64,000 nucleotides of DNA from the human T2T-CHM13v2.0 reference genome, Homo sapiens (GCF_009914755.1 NC_060933.1), one strand, 5' to 3'; shown: positions 1-14,164, counted from the stretch's first letter. Notes: generated from the sequence alone by a model not told the origin. A program made the numbers and translations.

Positions 1-2113
1 ACTGCCTGCTGTCCTGGAAGCTTCTCTGGGGCTGGCACCTGAGTTTCACAGCAATCCTGCTAAGCTGGCACTTGTGGGAAAATAGAGGCTCAGAAAGGCT
101 GGAGACTCTTAGGGCCCCACCGGGCTTTGAAACCAGATCCTGGGAGCTGCAGACCATAATCTCTGCTTCACTGGGTGGGGCCTCCTCACTGGACAGCCCT
201 GGGTGAGGGGTTCCAGGAGCCCAGGTGTCCCGGCTCCCAGCCCAGGGACTCACTGTCCCCCGGGGCCAGGTCGGCTGGCAATTTCTAGGCTGTTCTAAGC
301 CACGGGTCAAGGGCTGCCCACTCAGCAAGGGAAGCCACCAGGACACCGGGTTTTTCCTGAACATTCCTCCCATCTTGGGAGAGAAAAGATGCTCAGCCAC
401 TTTTGCCACCAGCTCAAATATTTCAGTCTCAGATCAGAGAGGAATGTAAGCCGGAAACAGCGCAGAGAGTGGGGCCAGATGGACGTGGCCAGTCTCAGGG
501 GAGCAACACAAACAGCGCATTCTTGGCATCCGTGAGGCAGAGACATGGAAGATGGAAGGTCCCCGCTGCCCCGACTGTCCCTGCCGCCCCGGCCACCCCT
601 GCCTCACCCACCACCCAACCGCATGTCCTCCGCGGAGCCCAGAGTCAGTTCTGCTGGACATACAGCGGCGGACCCAAGGCTGCTTTCCACGTTGCCCAGT
701 CCTGCTCTGCCAGGCCCCAGGCATCAGTCAGCACCTGTTCTCTGCGCTGAGCCACGTGCCAGGAGGCCAGACAGGCCTGGGCGTGGGCCCCAGTGTGGAC
801 CCCATCCTCCAGCTGCACGGGGAACTGACAGGTACTCCCTCTTACCGCACACCGAGAACCAGGCCTCACTCACTCCTGCACATGCAGCCAGCAGACAGCT
901 CAGCAGGTAGAGGGATCTGCCATCAAAGGCAGAGCTGAGAGCCTCCTTCTAGTCAGCCCCAGAAAGGCCTAGATGGAGGCCAAGGGCCAGGAGAGAGAGT
1001 CCGGGCTCTGCCTCCAGTCCACAAAGGGCCACGAAGCAGCCCTGGCCCTCACCAGGCCTCAGTGTCCCCACTGCACAGCAGTGCAAGACAGCTGAGGGCG
1101 CTTTTCGCCAGCCATGTGAGCACCTGTGCCTCTCCCTGCAGGCTGGGGCAATCCAGGGTGGCTTCATAGAAGAGGCGGTGCTGGGCTGGCCCAGAACCAC
1201 ACCACTGGATCACTCACTGAAAGCCCATGGTCATTAGGCAGAGGTGTCCAGTGCCCCCTCCACCTGCCCAGCTGGCCTGGGAGGCCTGAGCACTGAGGTC
1301 CCTGAGGCCACATGGAAAAGCGTCGCTGATACCAGCAGGGGAGGTGCCCCCTCCCCAGGTGTCCCTCCCTCTGAGCGCCCCACAGACCCATCCAGGACCA
1401 GGTCCCGCCCACCCCTAGGCCCCGTCACACAGAGGAGGCTTGGCTCAGCTGCTCGGCTCAAGGCGGGGGATGCTGTCTGTCACTGTCTCCCCACAGCAGG
1501 CCAGTGCCGGGCAACATACTGGCCGCCTGCTGCTGCGGCTGCCTGACGACACGGGGCCGCACCTCCACTAGTGAAAGGGGCCCCAACTGAGGTCCCTGAA
1601 GGTCATGTCCCAGGAGTCTCCAAGCACCCTGAACATCCCCAAAAGTCTAACTCATACCCCTCGGCCCACCCGCTTCCTGGCTGGCCCTGAGTGCCCTCCG
1701 TGGGGGGCCCTGCTATCGTGCGGGATCAGAAACTCTAATTGGGGATATAGCTCATAATTAGTCTTTGATTAATTAAAAAATGAGAAAACCAATTACTTAA
1801 TAAATGTCGTTGGCTTAATATGCATAATCTCTGAAGCCGTGCAGCCCTGAGAGGGGAAGGCAGGCTATTCAGAGGAGTCCTTGGAGGGGAGACGGCGGGG
1901 GATACAGAGTCAGCCCACTTCCCTCCGCCTGCTGTCTCAGACACCAGAGAGTCCCCACCAGATGACAGCTCTGTGCGTGCCGGAGTGTGGGCTCTGCTCC
2001 CTTACCACTCCACCCCTGCACCTGGCCATGGCAGGAGCGCCATGTTTGCTGAATGAATGAATGAACACATGAGTGAATGAATGGCTTCTTCTTCAGACCA
2101 CTGAACGTCCACA

Positions 2114-2258
2114 GGCCAGGTATGGTGGCTCACATCTGTCATCTCAGCACTTCAGGAGGCAGAGATGGGAGGACTGACTGGGGCCAGGAGACCAGCCTGG
2201 GCAACACAGCAAGACCCTATCTCTATTTTTCAAAAACAGTAATAAAAAAAGAAAGAAA
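2114..2258 (+). mobile_element. Alu monomer (FLAM-like)
   Basis: GGCCAGGTATGGTGGCTCACATCTGT...GAGACCAGCCTGGGCAACACAGCAAGACCCTATCTCT followed by an A-rich tail. Only one arm is present. Confidence 0.8.
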
Positions 2259-4124
2259 GTTGTGTCTCACTCGAAGAAACCCAGCTTCCCAGTGCCTCTC
2301 CCTGCAGCCTCTCCCTGTGCCTCTCCCTGCAGGCTGGGGAAAGAAACTCTAATTGGGGATATAGTTCATAATTAGTCTTTGATTAAACCATGTCCCTCAT
2401 AAGGGGTTAATATCCACAATATGTAAAGAACTCCTACAATAAGCCCAGATACGGCCCAGGCCCTGCTCCCCTGACCAAGTGCTCTCAGCAGCCTCTGCAG
2501 TGTGGAGGGGCTCGGCCACACACAAGGACCCCTAGCCTAAGCAAGTATAAGAAATCAACCGCGGATGAACTTGAGTTTCAGCAGAGCCCCATCCGTCATG
2601 GAAACGAACCGTCACAGTGGTTCTAATTGTGCTGGATGCGAGTGTGGTTCTGATCGTGATGGGACTGGAAGCGAGGGTGGTTCTAATCCCGTTGATGGGC
2701 AGTAGTCAGCCTGCTTGCTTCCCGGCACCGGCAGGGCGAGTGGGCCAGCTAATGGCGCACGCACAGGTGTGTTTGGCTGGTGCAGACGCCATGCATGCGG
2801 GCACGGGATGGGCCCCGCCTGCTGGACCCCAAGCCCACGCTGTTAGGGGGACCCGGACCCGGCTCCCTCTGCTTTGTTTGCCAGGTGGCAGCGGGAAGCT
2901 TCTCCAGCCCAGTCTTGGGAGGTGGTGGGGCAGCACCCACCTGCTATGCCTGGCTGGGCTAGGAGAAGGAACCCTGCCCTGCAGAAGTCCTCCCTCTGGC
3001 TCTGTCATAGCCGTGACCCCAGAGCGTCTACCTGCCTGGGCTTCACATACCCAGGAAGGGGCTTGACACCCACGGGGAAGCAGATGTGCCCAGTGGACCA
3101 AGGGGCCTGGTGATGATGATGCCAGAGTGGGGCAATTTAAATGTAGGGGCACGGGGCAGAAAAGAGCTGGGCTTGGCGGGGCAGCCCCTTCACAGTGAGC
3201 AGCTGACCTGGTCATCTGTGAGCATTTACCTTCCTGCCCATCAGGTGATGGCTTCTGGCTGCCAACCCGCAGGCTGTATATTATGAACCAAACACTTGTC
3301 CTCAGGTACGTGGCTGAGTGACTTCTCACAAAGATTCCAAGGCCATTCAGTGGGAAAGAATCATCGTTCCAACACATGGTGCTGGGAAAACTGGACAGCT
3401 ATATGTAAGAGGATGCAGGTGGATCCTTATCTTACACCATATACAAAAATTAAATTAAGGCAAAATGGATCAAAGACCTAAACATAAGAGCTAAAACTAT
3501 AAAACTCTTAGACAAAAACATAGGGGAAAAGTTTCATGACATTGGATTTGCAATCATTTATTGATATAACCCCACAGCACCGGCAACAAAAACGAAAACA
3601 GACAAATGAGACTACATCAGACTCTAAAACTTCTGCCCAGCAAAAGAACTTATCCACAGGGTGAAAGGCAATCTACTGAATAGAAGCAAATATTTGCAAA
3701 CCATGTCTCTCATAAGGGGTTAATATCCACAATATGTAAAGAACTCCTACAACTCAACAACAACAAAATCTGATTTTAAAGTGGGCAAAAGACTTGAATA
3801 GATATTCCTCCAAAGATGATGTAAACCTGGTCAACAAGCACATGAAAACATGCTCAACATCACTAATCATTCGGGGATACAAAGCAAAACCACAATGAGC
3901 TTCAGACCTAGGCAGAGGACGGCTATTACCAAACAAACAAAAAGACACGTGTTGGTGAAGATGTGGAGAAATGGGAGCCCCGCTCACAGCTGGTGGTCAT
4001 GGAAAATGGTGACGCCACTGGGGAGAACAGTACGGAGTTTCCTCAAAAAATTAGACATAGAACTACTATGCGATATGATCCACCAATTCCACTTCTGGGT
4101 ATATAGCCAGAAGAATTCAAAGCA

Positions 4125-4906
4125 ATGCAGCCAACAGACACATGAGAAAATGCTCATCGTCACTGGTCACGAGAGAAACGCAAATCAAAACCACAATGAG
4201 ATACCATCTCACACCAGTTAGAATGGTGATCATTAAAAAGTCAGGAAACAATACATGCTGGAGAGGATGTGGAGAAATAGGAACGCTTTTACACTGTTGG
4301 TGGGAGTGTAAATTGGTTCAACCATTGTGGAAGACTGTGGCGATTCCTCAAGGATCTAGAACTAGAAATACCATTTGACCCAGCCATCCCATTACTGGGT
4401 ATATACTCAAAGGATTATAAATCATGCTACTATAAAGACACATGCACATGTATATTTATTGCGGCACTATTCACAATAGCAAGGACTTGGAACCAACCCA
4501 AATGTCCACCAATGATAGACTGGATTAAGAAAATGTGACACATATATACCATGGAATACTATGCAGCCATAAAAAAGGATGAGTTCATGTCCTTTGCAAG
4601 GACATGGATGAAGCTGGAAACCATCATTCTCAGCAAACTATCACAAAGACAGAAAACCAAACACTGCATGTTCTCACTCATAGGTGGGAATTGAACAATG
4701 AGAACACTTGGACACAGGGCAGGGAACATCACATACTGCAGCCTGTCGGGGGGTGGGGGACTAGGGGAGGGAGAGCATTAGGAGAAATATCTCATGTAAA
4801 TGATGAGTTGATGGGTGTAGCAAACCAACAGGCACATGTATACCTATGTATCAAACCTGCAGATTGTGCACATGTACCCTAAAACTTAAAGTATAATTTT
4901 TAAAAA
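4125..4906 (+). mobile_element. 5'-truncated L1PA (primate L1) inserted into the older L1
   Basis: Typical L1PA 3' end (ORF2 C-terminus, G-rich 3'UTR, ...CATGTACCCTAAAACTTAAAGTATAAT). Flanked by the 14-bp TSD AAGAATTCAAAGCA at 4111-4124 and 4907-4920. Confidence 0.92.
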
Positions 4907-4933
4907 AAGAATTCAAAGCAGGGTCTTGAAGGC

Positions 4934-5247
4934 ATTATTTATTTTTATTTTCATTTTTTTGAGACAGTCTCGCTCTGTTGCCCGGGCTGGAAGTGCAGTG
5001 GTATATCTCTGCTCACCGCAACCTCCAATTCCCGGGTTCAAGCCATCCTCCTGCCTTAGCCTCCCGAGTAGCTGGGGTAGACTACAGTTATGCACCACCA
5101 CACCCAGCTAATTTTTGTATTTTTAGTAGAGATGGGGTTTTGCCATATTGGCCAGGCTGGTCTCGAACTCCTGGCCTCAAGTGATCCACTGGCCTCGGCC
5201 TCCCAAAGTGCCGGGATTACAGGCTTGAGCCACCACAGCGCCTGGCC
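4934..5247 (-). mobile_element. Alu (full length)
   Basis: Reverse-complement Alu dimer with a T-rich tail at about 4934-4960. Confidence 0.93.
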
Positions 5248-5926
5248 CTTATTATTTGTGCTACAGTTAACAATAGCAGTAATCACAACAGCCCCCAGCC
5301 TCACCTCATCCACGGCTCCAATCTGTACACTAAGTCACCTACACTGCAGCAGGCCTGCCCCTGAGCTCAGACAAGAACACGTCCACTAGGAGGCCAGTCA
5401 CCACCAGCTCTTCCCTCAAGAGGAACAGCCTTCAGGGTCCAAGGGGCAATGTCAGCTCCTGGGATCCTCATGGTGATGGTCTCCTGAGCCCTGGAAGGGA
5501 GGGGGCCTATGGGCCAGAGGGCTCAGGACTAAATGACCATGAATATTCACAGGAGCCGAAGGTGAAAACAGCCCAGTGTCCACCAACAGGTGCATAGATG
5601 GACAAGCTGTGGTCGATCCAAACAGTAAAATATGATTCAGTCACAAAAAGGAATGACCCACTGGCGGCTTCCACAGCGCAGGTGAAACCTGAAACTTCAC
5701 GCTCAGTGCAAGAAGCCGACGCTAAAGGCCACATATTGTAGGATTCCACTTATAAGAAATGTCCAGAACAGGCAAATCCACAGAAACAGAAAATGCATTA
5801 GTAGTTACCAGGAACTGGTGGATGGGGCAAGAGGAAATGGGATTTTGTTTCAGGGTGATGAAAAAATTCCAGAACAAGACAGAGGGGATGGTTGTACAAC
5901 ACTGGGAATCTGTTCGACGCTGCTGA

Positions 5927-6279
<353 letters not shown>

Positions 6280-8923
6280 TAATTTTTTTTAAAGATTGAG
6301 AATCAAAAGGATCACCCAGGGCTCCAGCCCCAAGGTCCCCAGGGGCAGAGTGGCCAAGGAATCTGCATGTTTCTCCATTGCCCTTGCTGCTGGGGATCTG
6401 GGAAGCCCAGCAAATTCACAGCCACACACTTTGTCATTCCAGAGCCGCTGCCTTCCCCAGCCCTAAGGGCCTGACCCCACAGCTGATGCCTGGTACCAGG
6501 CTGGCCGCCCACTCCTATCTACCTTCAAAAAACCAGTACTCCTGGAGAAAGGTCTTCCAGGGTGCCAAGAAATGACACTTTGTTATAATTAATTACTTAC
6601 ACTTTGGTATTTTTTTTTCTTTTCTCCTTCTTGGTCTCATTTGGCTTTTTTGCTGCAAACATCAAATTGTCAGGCTCCAACAGACACAATTAATGTCTTG
6701 GGGGCACTGGGGAGAAACAATTAACCATTTAAAACTTAATTAACTGCGGACATGGACCCAAAAAAAAAAAAAAAAAAAAAAAGCATGCACCAGTTGCACC
6801 AGGACCAGCTAAGAAAATGCAAGCTCTCAGCCAACGGGGTGGGGACTCACAGGAAAGAGAAGTGACAAAGACCCACCCAAGAGGTCATCCAGCCAGTCCA
6901 ACCAAATGGATTGATTCCCAGATGGGGAAACTGAGGCCCAGGGAGTAGAGCAGTGACCAGTCCACGTACAATGAGAAACAATGGCAGGGCCTGAGCACAC
7001 CTCCTCTGCTCCTAGTGCGTCCTGAAGCGTGGGCTGCTGCCACCACTGCCACCCAGAGGCCCCTCTTCCCAGAGCCAAGTCCTAAGAGGGAAGGGAGACA
7101 ACAGGTGGGCATCACTCCCCAGGGCGCCAGCCCCCGGCAGCCCAGCAGGTGCTAAGTTATTATTACTAATTCGAACAACCTGGCTTGCAGCTTTAGATCG
7201 TGGGTCTCCCTTCTGAAAACCCCAGGATAGCACCCCAAATCTCTCTGGTAGGGCTCTCTGGCACTGCCCTAGCTCCTGCCCCTCCCAGTCTCCTACTCCA
7301 AGCAGACCTCCCTTCTAAACCTGAGCAGGCCAGGCCACCGCCACCAGCCTCTGGACCTTTGCACATGCTGCCCCTGAGACCTCCCATACCACCACCTTCA
7401 CCTGGTGAACTGCAGCTCACATCTCGAACCCCAGCACCTCCTCCAGGAAGCCCTCCTTGACTAGCTCAACTGTCTAACACACCTCTGCCCACCAAAGTCC
7501 CTGTCACTCTGCACAGTAGGCAGTGGCCCCTGGCTCCCTGTCTTCCCAGGCTCCGATCATCTGAGGCTGCATGTCCTGGCACCAGCTGAGCTAAGCAGAG
7601 CACACAGAAGCAGAGAGGACCACCCTCCTGGCAACAGCCCCACTGTGGAGGGATGGGGAGGCCCAGCACCAGCCCTGGCCACAACTATAGCAACTCCCCA
7701 AACCTCAGCCATCTCAGAAAAATCAATGCAATTCTGCAAACACCGGGCAGCCTGTCACAGACACCCGCAGCACTTCTGCAGGTGCCCACCCAGCATCCAG
7801 TCCTTGCTTTACTCAGGCTGAGTCCCCCCCTACACATGCTCTTATCAGGACCTACCTTACCAGTGTGGCAAGAACAAGGCAGGCTTCTGGAAAGCACCCC
7901 TCAGCTATTGTGCTCTCTCCTCTTTCTGGGGACACGAAACCTGAGACCAGCTAGCCCAGGAGTGGGAAACCCCTGGCACATGTACCCATGCTCTCATACC
8001 ACACCCACGGCAGACAACGCTAATCAATGGCTGAGCCTCGGGACCCTTCTCAGCTGAGCCCTCCAGTCAGCCACTACCAATCGATCAGGATTAACCAAGT
8101 CTTCAATTAGGCTCCTACCTCTACTGATGTAGTAGGCACAGGGAAGAGATGGGAGGCCACCCACGGTCAGAGAACACAGCAGAGGCTCAGCCCAGAGGCT
8201 CTTGTCCCGATTCCACGGGGCAGTCTTTTCAACAAATAGGGCTGGGAAAACTGGATATCCATGTGCTAGGTGGCCCGTGGGGCCTGGCATTCACTGAAAC
8301 ACTGCTCTTGAGGTCTTGGCCACACACCCACACCCAGCACCCCAACTCACCCCCTGCACCCTTGCCTTTCTGTCTGGAGTTGGCCCCACTCCAAGCGGCC
8401 CCCAGATCCTCCCCTCTGCGTTTATCACTCTGGTTTCTATTCCTTCACCCCTCAGCCTTCTATAAAAAGCCAACAGTAATGACCCTCAAGCAGGTACAAG
8501 TTCCCAACCTGGCACCACATTTCCTGGCACAGGAGCAAGAATCCCTACCTCACACCACTGGCATGGAGATCAAGGGATCCACTCATGGGCCAAGGCCGCT
8601 CCCAGAGCTTGAACTCAGGTCTTGAAATCACAGCCTCCTAGGATCCTGTGAGCAGGGTTCAGGCAAAGACCCATAGGCTTCCTGGCCTGGCGCGCCAGGC
8701 TCAGCCACCTCACATGAAGCACAGTGGGCTGAGCCTGACCTCCAGGCACGCAGCTCATCAGACCTGTAGGGACTCGGCTACCAAAATTGAACCACCCTCC
8801 ACCCTTGTCCAGTGTGAAGTTAATGACGGGCATGGCTCCCGCCTGGAAAGGAAAGCAGAGAAAAACCTCTCCCATCCCCAGTTATAAAACGGCGGGTCAG
8901 CATCCGATGGGCTTACCGACTCC

Positions 8924-8988
8924 GTGTGTGTGTGTGTGCGTGTGCATGTGTGTATGTCTGTGTGTGTGCGTGCATGTGTGTGTCTGTG
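8924..8988. repeat. (TG)n imperfect microsatellite
   Basis: Directly visible GTGTGTGT run. Confidence 0.9.
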
Positions 8989-10503
8989 CCCATGTGCAGC
9001 ATATCTGGTTGTCAAGTTCATCTGAAAGTGGGTGGGTGAATAACGTCCTGAAATGACAACAACTAGCAGATAAAAGAGGAAATGTTTTCAAGCAGAAACT
9101 CTGAAGGCCTTTGCCAACAGCCCCTGCGCCGGGCTCTGCCGGGAGCCTGAGGCAGCTCCCCACCCCAGCGAGGAGCGACTGCATTTTAATAAGTAATTAG
9201 TGTGGAGTGGATGCTGCTACAAAGACTAGCACGTCTCACTGCCAGCATTAAGGCAGGGAGTGCAAATGAACTCACCGCAGCATTAGCATCTCAGAGTCAT
9301 CAGACCGACTGGCAGAAAGGCCTCGGGTGAGCACAGAGTCTTCTGCACTCAGCAAATTAATGAACAAATACGAAGAGGAAATGAACAAACACATGCAGCC
9401 TCGGGGCCTGGGTGTGGAGATAAGGGGTGCTGGATCAATACCCCAAGGTTACTGCTGTGTTCTCCCCTGGCCAGACAGAGCCTGCGGGACACATTCATCA
9501 ACGCAGATGTAAAATGGAGAAATCAATGACATGGCTGAGACGGCATCTGGATACACTTGTCCAGCCCCAGACGCAGGGCAGGTGGATGGTGGGTGTGGGG
9601 CAGGATACACTGGCCGGGTGAGGCTGGCACTCCAGGCCACTGGAATGGCCATCAGATGCACCCCTGCCCACTGCCAGGGTCATCACCCACGTGCTCAAAC
9701 GCGGCTGGTACAATCACAGCACCACTCCCAGGAGCTTCCTCACGAGACCCAGCCCATGAAATCAGGCAGCGGCACCATCTGGAATCTCCCGCCCACAGCC
9801 CTCGGCATGGGGGAGGCAAATCTTTAGACCCATTTTACAGATGGGGAAATGACAGCTGCGAGACCTGAAGCAACCTGTGGGACAAACTGGGTCCTGATGA
9901 CGGCCTGATCCTCGGCATCACAACCTGTCCCCAGCCCTCAATGGTGTCTTCGTGGGTCCACTCTCACCTGGCCCCAGAAGCACCAGCAGTCTCCCACCTG
10001 AGCCCTCAAGGTCAAGTCCGGACAGTGGTGGGTGGGTTTGTGGTGGGGGAAGGGGCAATGGCAGGGGTTGTGGCAACAACCGGGGAGCAGATGGGAAGTC
10101 CAGGGTGACAAACTGGGGTCCCCCATTGTGCCAGCTCCTGGTGACTGCCAGGTGCTAGGGTGCTGGGGTGCTGTGCTGACAGGTGGGAGGTGCCAGGATG
10201 GATTCGAGGTGCCTGCCCTGGCTCAGGTGGATAGAGTGACAGCACATGCCAGGCGGTTCCACGGGGGTAGGGGGACCCAAGGCTGATAGACAAGGGTCCC
10301 AGGCAGAAGAGGAGAGGAATAGAAGTGGTGAGGGAGGGGTCTTACTCCAGCAAGGAGGAAGGGCCCCTCTGCCTGCACGCAAAAGCCAAGGGGCCTCTCA
10401 GCTGCTGACAAACCCAGGGCCAGAGGGACTGGGATGACCACAGCTGCCCGTCCATCATCTGCAGCAGGTGCACAGCTGACTCCCTCATCCTGGACGTAGT
10501 GAT

Positions 10504-10590
10504 GCGGCCTGTCCCCACCACCAGCGACCCCAGTGGCCTGTCCCCACTGCCAGTGCCCCCAGCGGCCTGTCCCCACCGCCAGTGTCCCCA
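10504..10590. repeat. 29-bp tandem repeat, 3 copies
   Basis: Units of G(C/T)GGCCTGTCCCCAC(C/T)(A/G)CCAG(C/T)G(A/C/T)CCCCA start at 10504, 10533 and 10562. Confidence 0.85.
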
Positions 10591-10949
10591 GGCCCAACTC
10601 AAAGGAGGCAGGTTTCCTCACCTGTGACGGATCAATGGTTTCCAACTATGTTTTTACCCTCTTCAGAACCCTTTCTTTAAGCAAAATGTCAGCAAAATGC
10701 CACATAAAAAACAGATAAAAGTGGAGCTATTCCGATTCAGCAGGGCCCTGCCCTCCCTTCCTCCTCCCAGCCTCTTGAGAAGGCCCAGAGTGGTCTGAGA
10801 TTCTCAGCTGAAGGGAACCATCCGTACCTGCACTGACGCCGTCAGCACAGACACCGGTGGTCATTGCACTGCATCCTCTATAGACTGCTGGTCAGCGCCC
10901 TCCCCTCCAGGGTCAGGCCTTTTACTTCCTCTCCCCAGACAGCCCCACC

Positions 10950-11265
10950 GGCCTCCACTCTGCCTCCTGGCCTCCTCTCTGCCTCCTGGCATCCTCACTG
11001 CCTCCCGGCCTCTTCACTACCCTCCCTGCCTCCACCCTGCCTCCTGGCCTCCTCACTCCCTCCTGGCATCCACACTGCCTCCCAGCAGCCTTGCTGCCTC
11101 CTGGCCTCCACTACCCTCCCTGCCTCCTTGCTGCCTCCTGGCCTCCACCCTGCCTCCTGGCCTCCACACTGGCTCCTAGCATCCTCACTGTCCTCCGGCA
11201 TCCTCACTGCCTCTTGGCCTCTTCACTGCCACCTGGCCTCCTCTCTGCCTCCCGGCATCCTGGCT
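10950..11265. repeat. Degenerate pyrimidine-rich tandem repeat (CTGCCTCCTGGC(C/A)TCC...)n
   Basis: Recurring CCTCCTGGCCTCC / GGCATCCTCACTG motifs. Confidence 0.85.
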
Positions 11266-14164
11266 GTCTTCCGTGCGCCTTCCATACAGACAACTGTGCT
11301 GCGTGCAACAGCTGCCTTGCTAGTCAGAGGGAAGAGGGCACAGCCGAGCAGATAAAAACGGGGCCCCTGTCATCAGCAGGACCTGAGGATGCCCCCAGCT
11401 CCACTGTACCGCAGAGCACACGTGAGATGCATCTTCTCTGTGCCTGTTTCCTTCCTCACTTCTTAAGGTCCCTGCAGGGTGCAGGTGCTCGTGGACATAA
11501 AGGTCCAGTAGCCACAAGTGATTACTCCCGTGGAGGAGGGAGGGGCAGCAGGAGAGGCCGGCACTCAGGTGACCGGTGGTGTGCGTCCAGCATCGCCAGC
11601 TGGCACTTCAGAATCTGTAAGCAGCCATGGAGCCACCCCCAGACAGTGCTGAGAGCCAGTTTTAACTGCCTCAGAAGTCTCTGAGCCTCCCAAAATGCTT
11701 TAATGAATAATAAATAGGAGAATTAAGCCCGTTTATTGGAAGGTGCGCGCTGCTCTTTAACTCGAGCAAGAGAAGCGGCCTAGCGATTTCCTCTGGGAAG
11801 GTTCATTCCGCCCCGAGTGAGGCTGGAGTGAAGTGCACTGCCCAGCCAGCACCGCGGGTTCCTGGGGCCAGGCAGGGTGGCCTGGGCTGGGACACCAGAG
11901 AAGCAGCATCAGACTTCACTCGGAAACCTGTCCCCGCACAGGGCAAGGTGCCATCAGGGCAGGCCCTGCTGGGCCAGAGCTGAGTAAGGGCCTGCAGGAG
12001 AGCGGGAAGGCACCAGCAGCTCTGGGGAGAACCTTCCAGGCAGGGGGCAGCCAGAGAGCCCAGCAGCAGGAGGGGCTGAAGCAGCTCCACAGCAGCGAGG
12101 GGGAGCAAGGGGCAGGGACCAGGGAGGACAGAGCTTTCCCTCTGACAACCAGAAGCACCTGCGCCCAGGGGGCCCCCCCTCCTGCAGGCAGGGAGCACCC
12201 TGTGCTGCTCAGGAGAAACACGTCCTTCCCTCTTCCCTTCTCCCCTCCTTTCTTCCCTCCCTTCTCCCTCCCTTCTGCCCAGCTGCCTTCCCTGTCCTCT
12301 GCCCAGAAGTGCAGCCCTCACCTCCTGAACGAGTCTGTCCCTTTGTCCCCTGACCTAGGGTGCAAGTGCACACTGTCAATGGCAACTATCCCCACAAAGG
12401 GAGAGAGCAACAGCATCCTCATCACGCTCTGCTCACCCCGCTCCAGCCCTAACAAAGAGCTGCCTGTGACCCGGTGCCCAGGAGGCTCTGATCAACAGGG
12501 GAAGCGGGACCACTGTCCTCACGTCACAGGAGAGGACATCAGGCTCAGGGAAAGCCACCTGCCCAGGGCCCCGCGAAGGAGCTGGACGGATCCCAATGAC
12601 AATGCCATGACCAGGCACCTGGGGAGGGAGGACAGCGAGGGTTTGAGGACCCAAGAAACTCACAGCCATGTTACCGTGCACCAGTTGCTTAGGTGGGGAT
12701 AACACAGGCGACACCACGGCACATGGTAAACAGTCAGTGCGCTGCCGGGGTGCCTTCCTTCCCTCCCGCAGACCTGTGCTCAGTCCCAGCTCGCAATAAG
12801 ATCAGAGTCCCTACGGTCGGAACTATCATGATCTGCAGAGTCCAGGGACCAGAATCTCAGAAGCAAGCCACAGAAACCCCGCAGCCTCACCAGAATCCTC
12901 CCTCCAAATGCCCGACCGGATTCCAAGCTGGGGCAAACCAGCCCCTGGAAGAAGCCGCCAGAGCTGGCGACCCATGGGCTTCTCCACACTCCTTCCCAGC
13001 TGGGCAACTGGACAAACCGCCCAGACACAGGGCACAGAGGAAAACAGGAAAGGATCTACAGGCCGTGGCGGGGAGCAGGGCCAACGGCTCCCATCAGCAA
13101 GGGCTGCGGACTCACCCTTCACGCTCGGCCATAACTCGGCCCCAGCACGCCCACCCCGGGCAGCACAGGAAGCCGGACACAACTTATTTGAGCCAAAACC
13201 TAATCTCTTTAATGCAACCCTTTGAAAAAAATACCAGGAAAGCAGCCAGAAGAGAAACACTTCCGGAATAAACCTTCTGGATCCTTTAGTTCCTACTGGA
13301 ACTTGCGGGGTGAGTGAAGAGGAAGAAAATGCTAATAAAAATGACTAGGACCTGCCGTTCATTTTTTCACTGAGTCCTTTACAGCAACACCTCCAAGGGG
13401 ACAGTCTCAAGCTTCATTTGATCCCTGCAGAAACAAAGGCTCAACGAGACCAAGTATCTACAGAGTCCAACTCGCGTCCAGGTCTGACTGAAGCTTTGCT
13501 CTCACCGCCTGCCTCCTCCAGGGCCCGCCTGGCTCCACCGAGCCTGGATGAGAGGAGGCACCAGAAGGCAGGTGCAGTGGACCACCTGGCAGGCTTCCCA
13601 GGGCTCCAAAACCTGGAGGGTTTCCAGGGGTCCATCTGCCTGCTGCCCAGGTCTCCCCAGGTGGCAGGGGCCAGGAGCAGAGGGAACCAGGCTGACTCAT
13701 GGTGGGTCCCCTCCCAATGCTCCTCCTGGGTTAAGGAAACCCTCTACACCTGTCCCAAAGGGAAGGCAGAAGAAAAAACCCAAGGGCCAGTGGGCGGAGA
13801 CTTAAGCAGCAAGTGAGGGCCATGAGCAGGGAAAACACTGGTCAAACCAGCCTCCACATGGGGCCATCCCTGGGAGAGGGAGACAGTCTCATTCACGTTA
13901 GTGTCCCTTTAACACGTGGAATGATCCTTTCCATGATAAAATCACAGAGGAAAGACTCCAGTGTCCAAGGCTGATTGTGGGCCAGAGCCAGCAGGCCTCG
14001 GGGCCAAAGCTCCAGAGTTTTCACTTTCTCACTCCTCTCTCCTACCATTAATTGCTCAGCAGCTAATCTGAGGGTCCCTGTGAGGGCAAAGACTACGTGA
14101 GTCTCCTCATTTTAACTCCAGCATACTAAGTGCTTACTAAATACTTGGTAAATTATATGCTTAA

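Noticed and set aside
2617-2700. Three degenerate GTGGTTCT(A/G)AT repeats inside a 149-aa ORF
   Set aside because: A short decayed tandem repeat with no evidence of coding or structural function.
11833-12702. 289-aa plus-strand ORF, and similar 150-270-aa ORFs across the window
   Set aside because: Non-ATG start, no recognisable homology, and overlapping ORFs in several frames, as expected by chance in GC-rich DNA.
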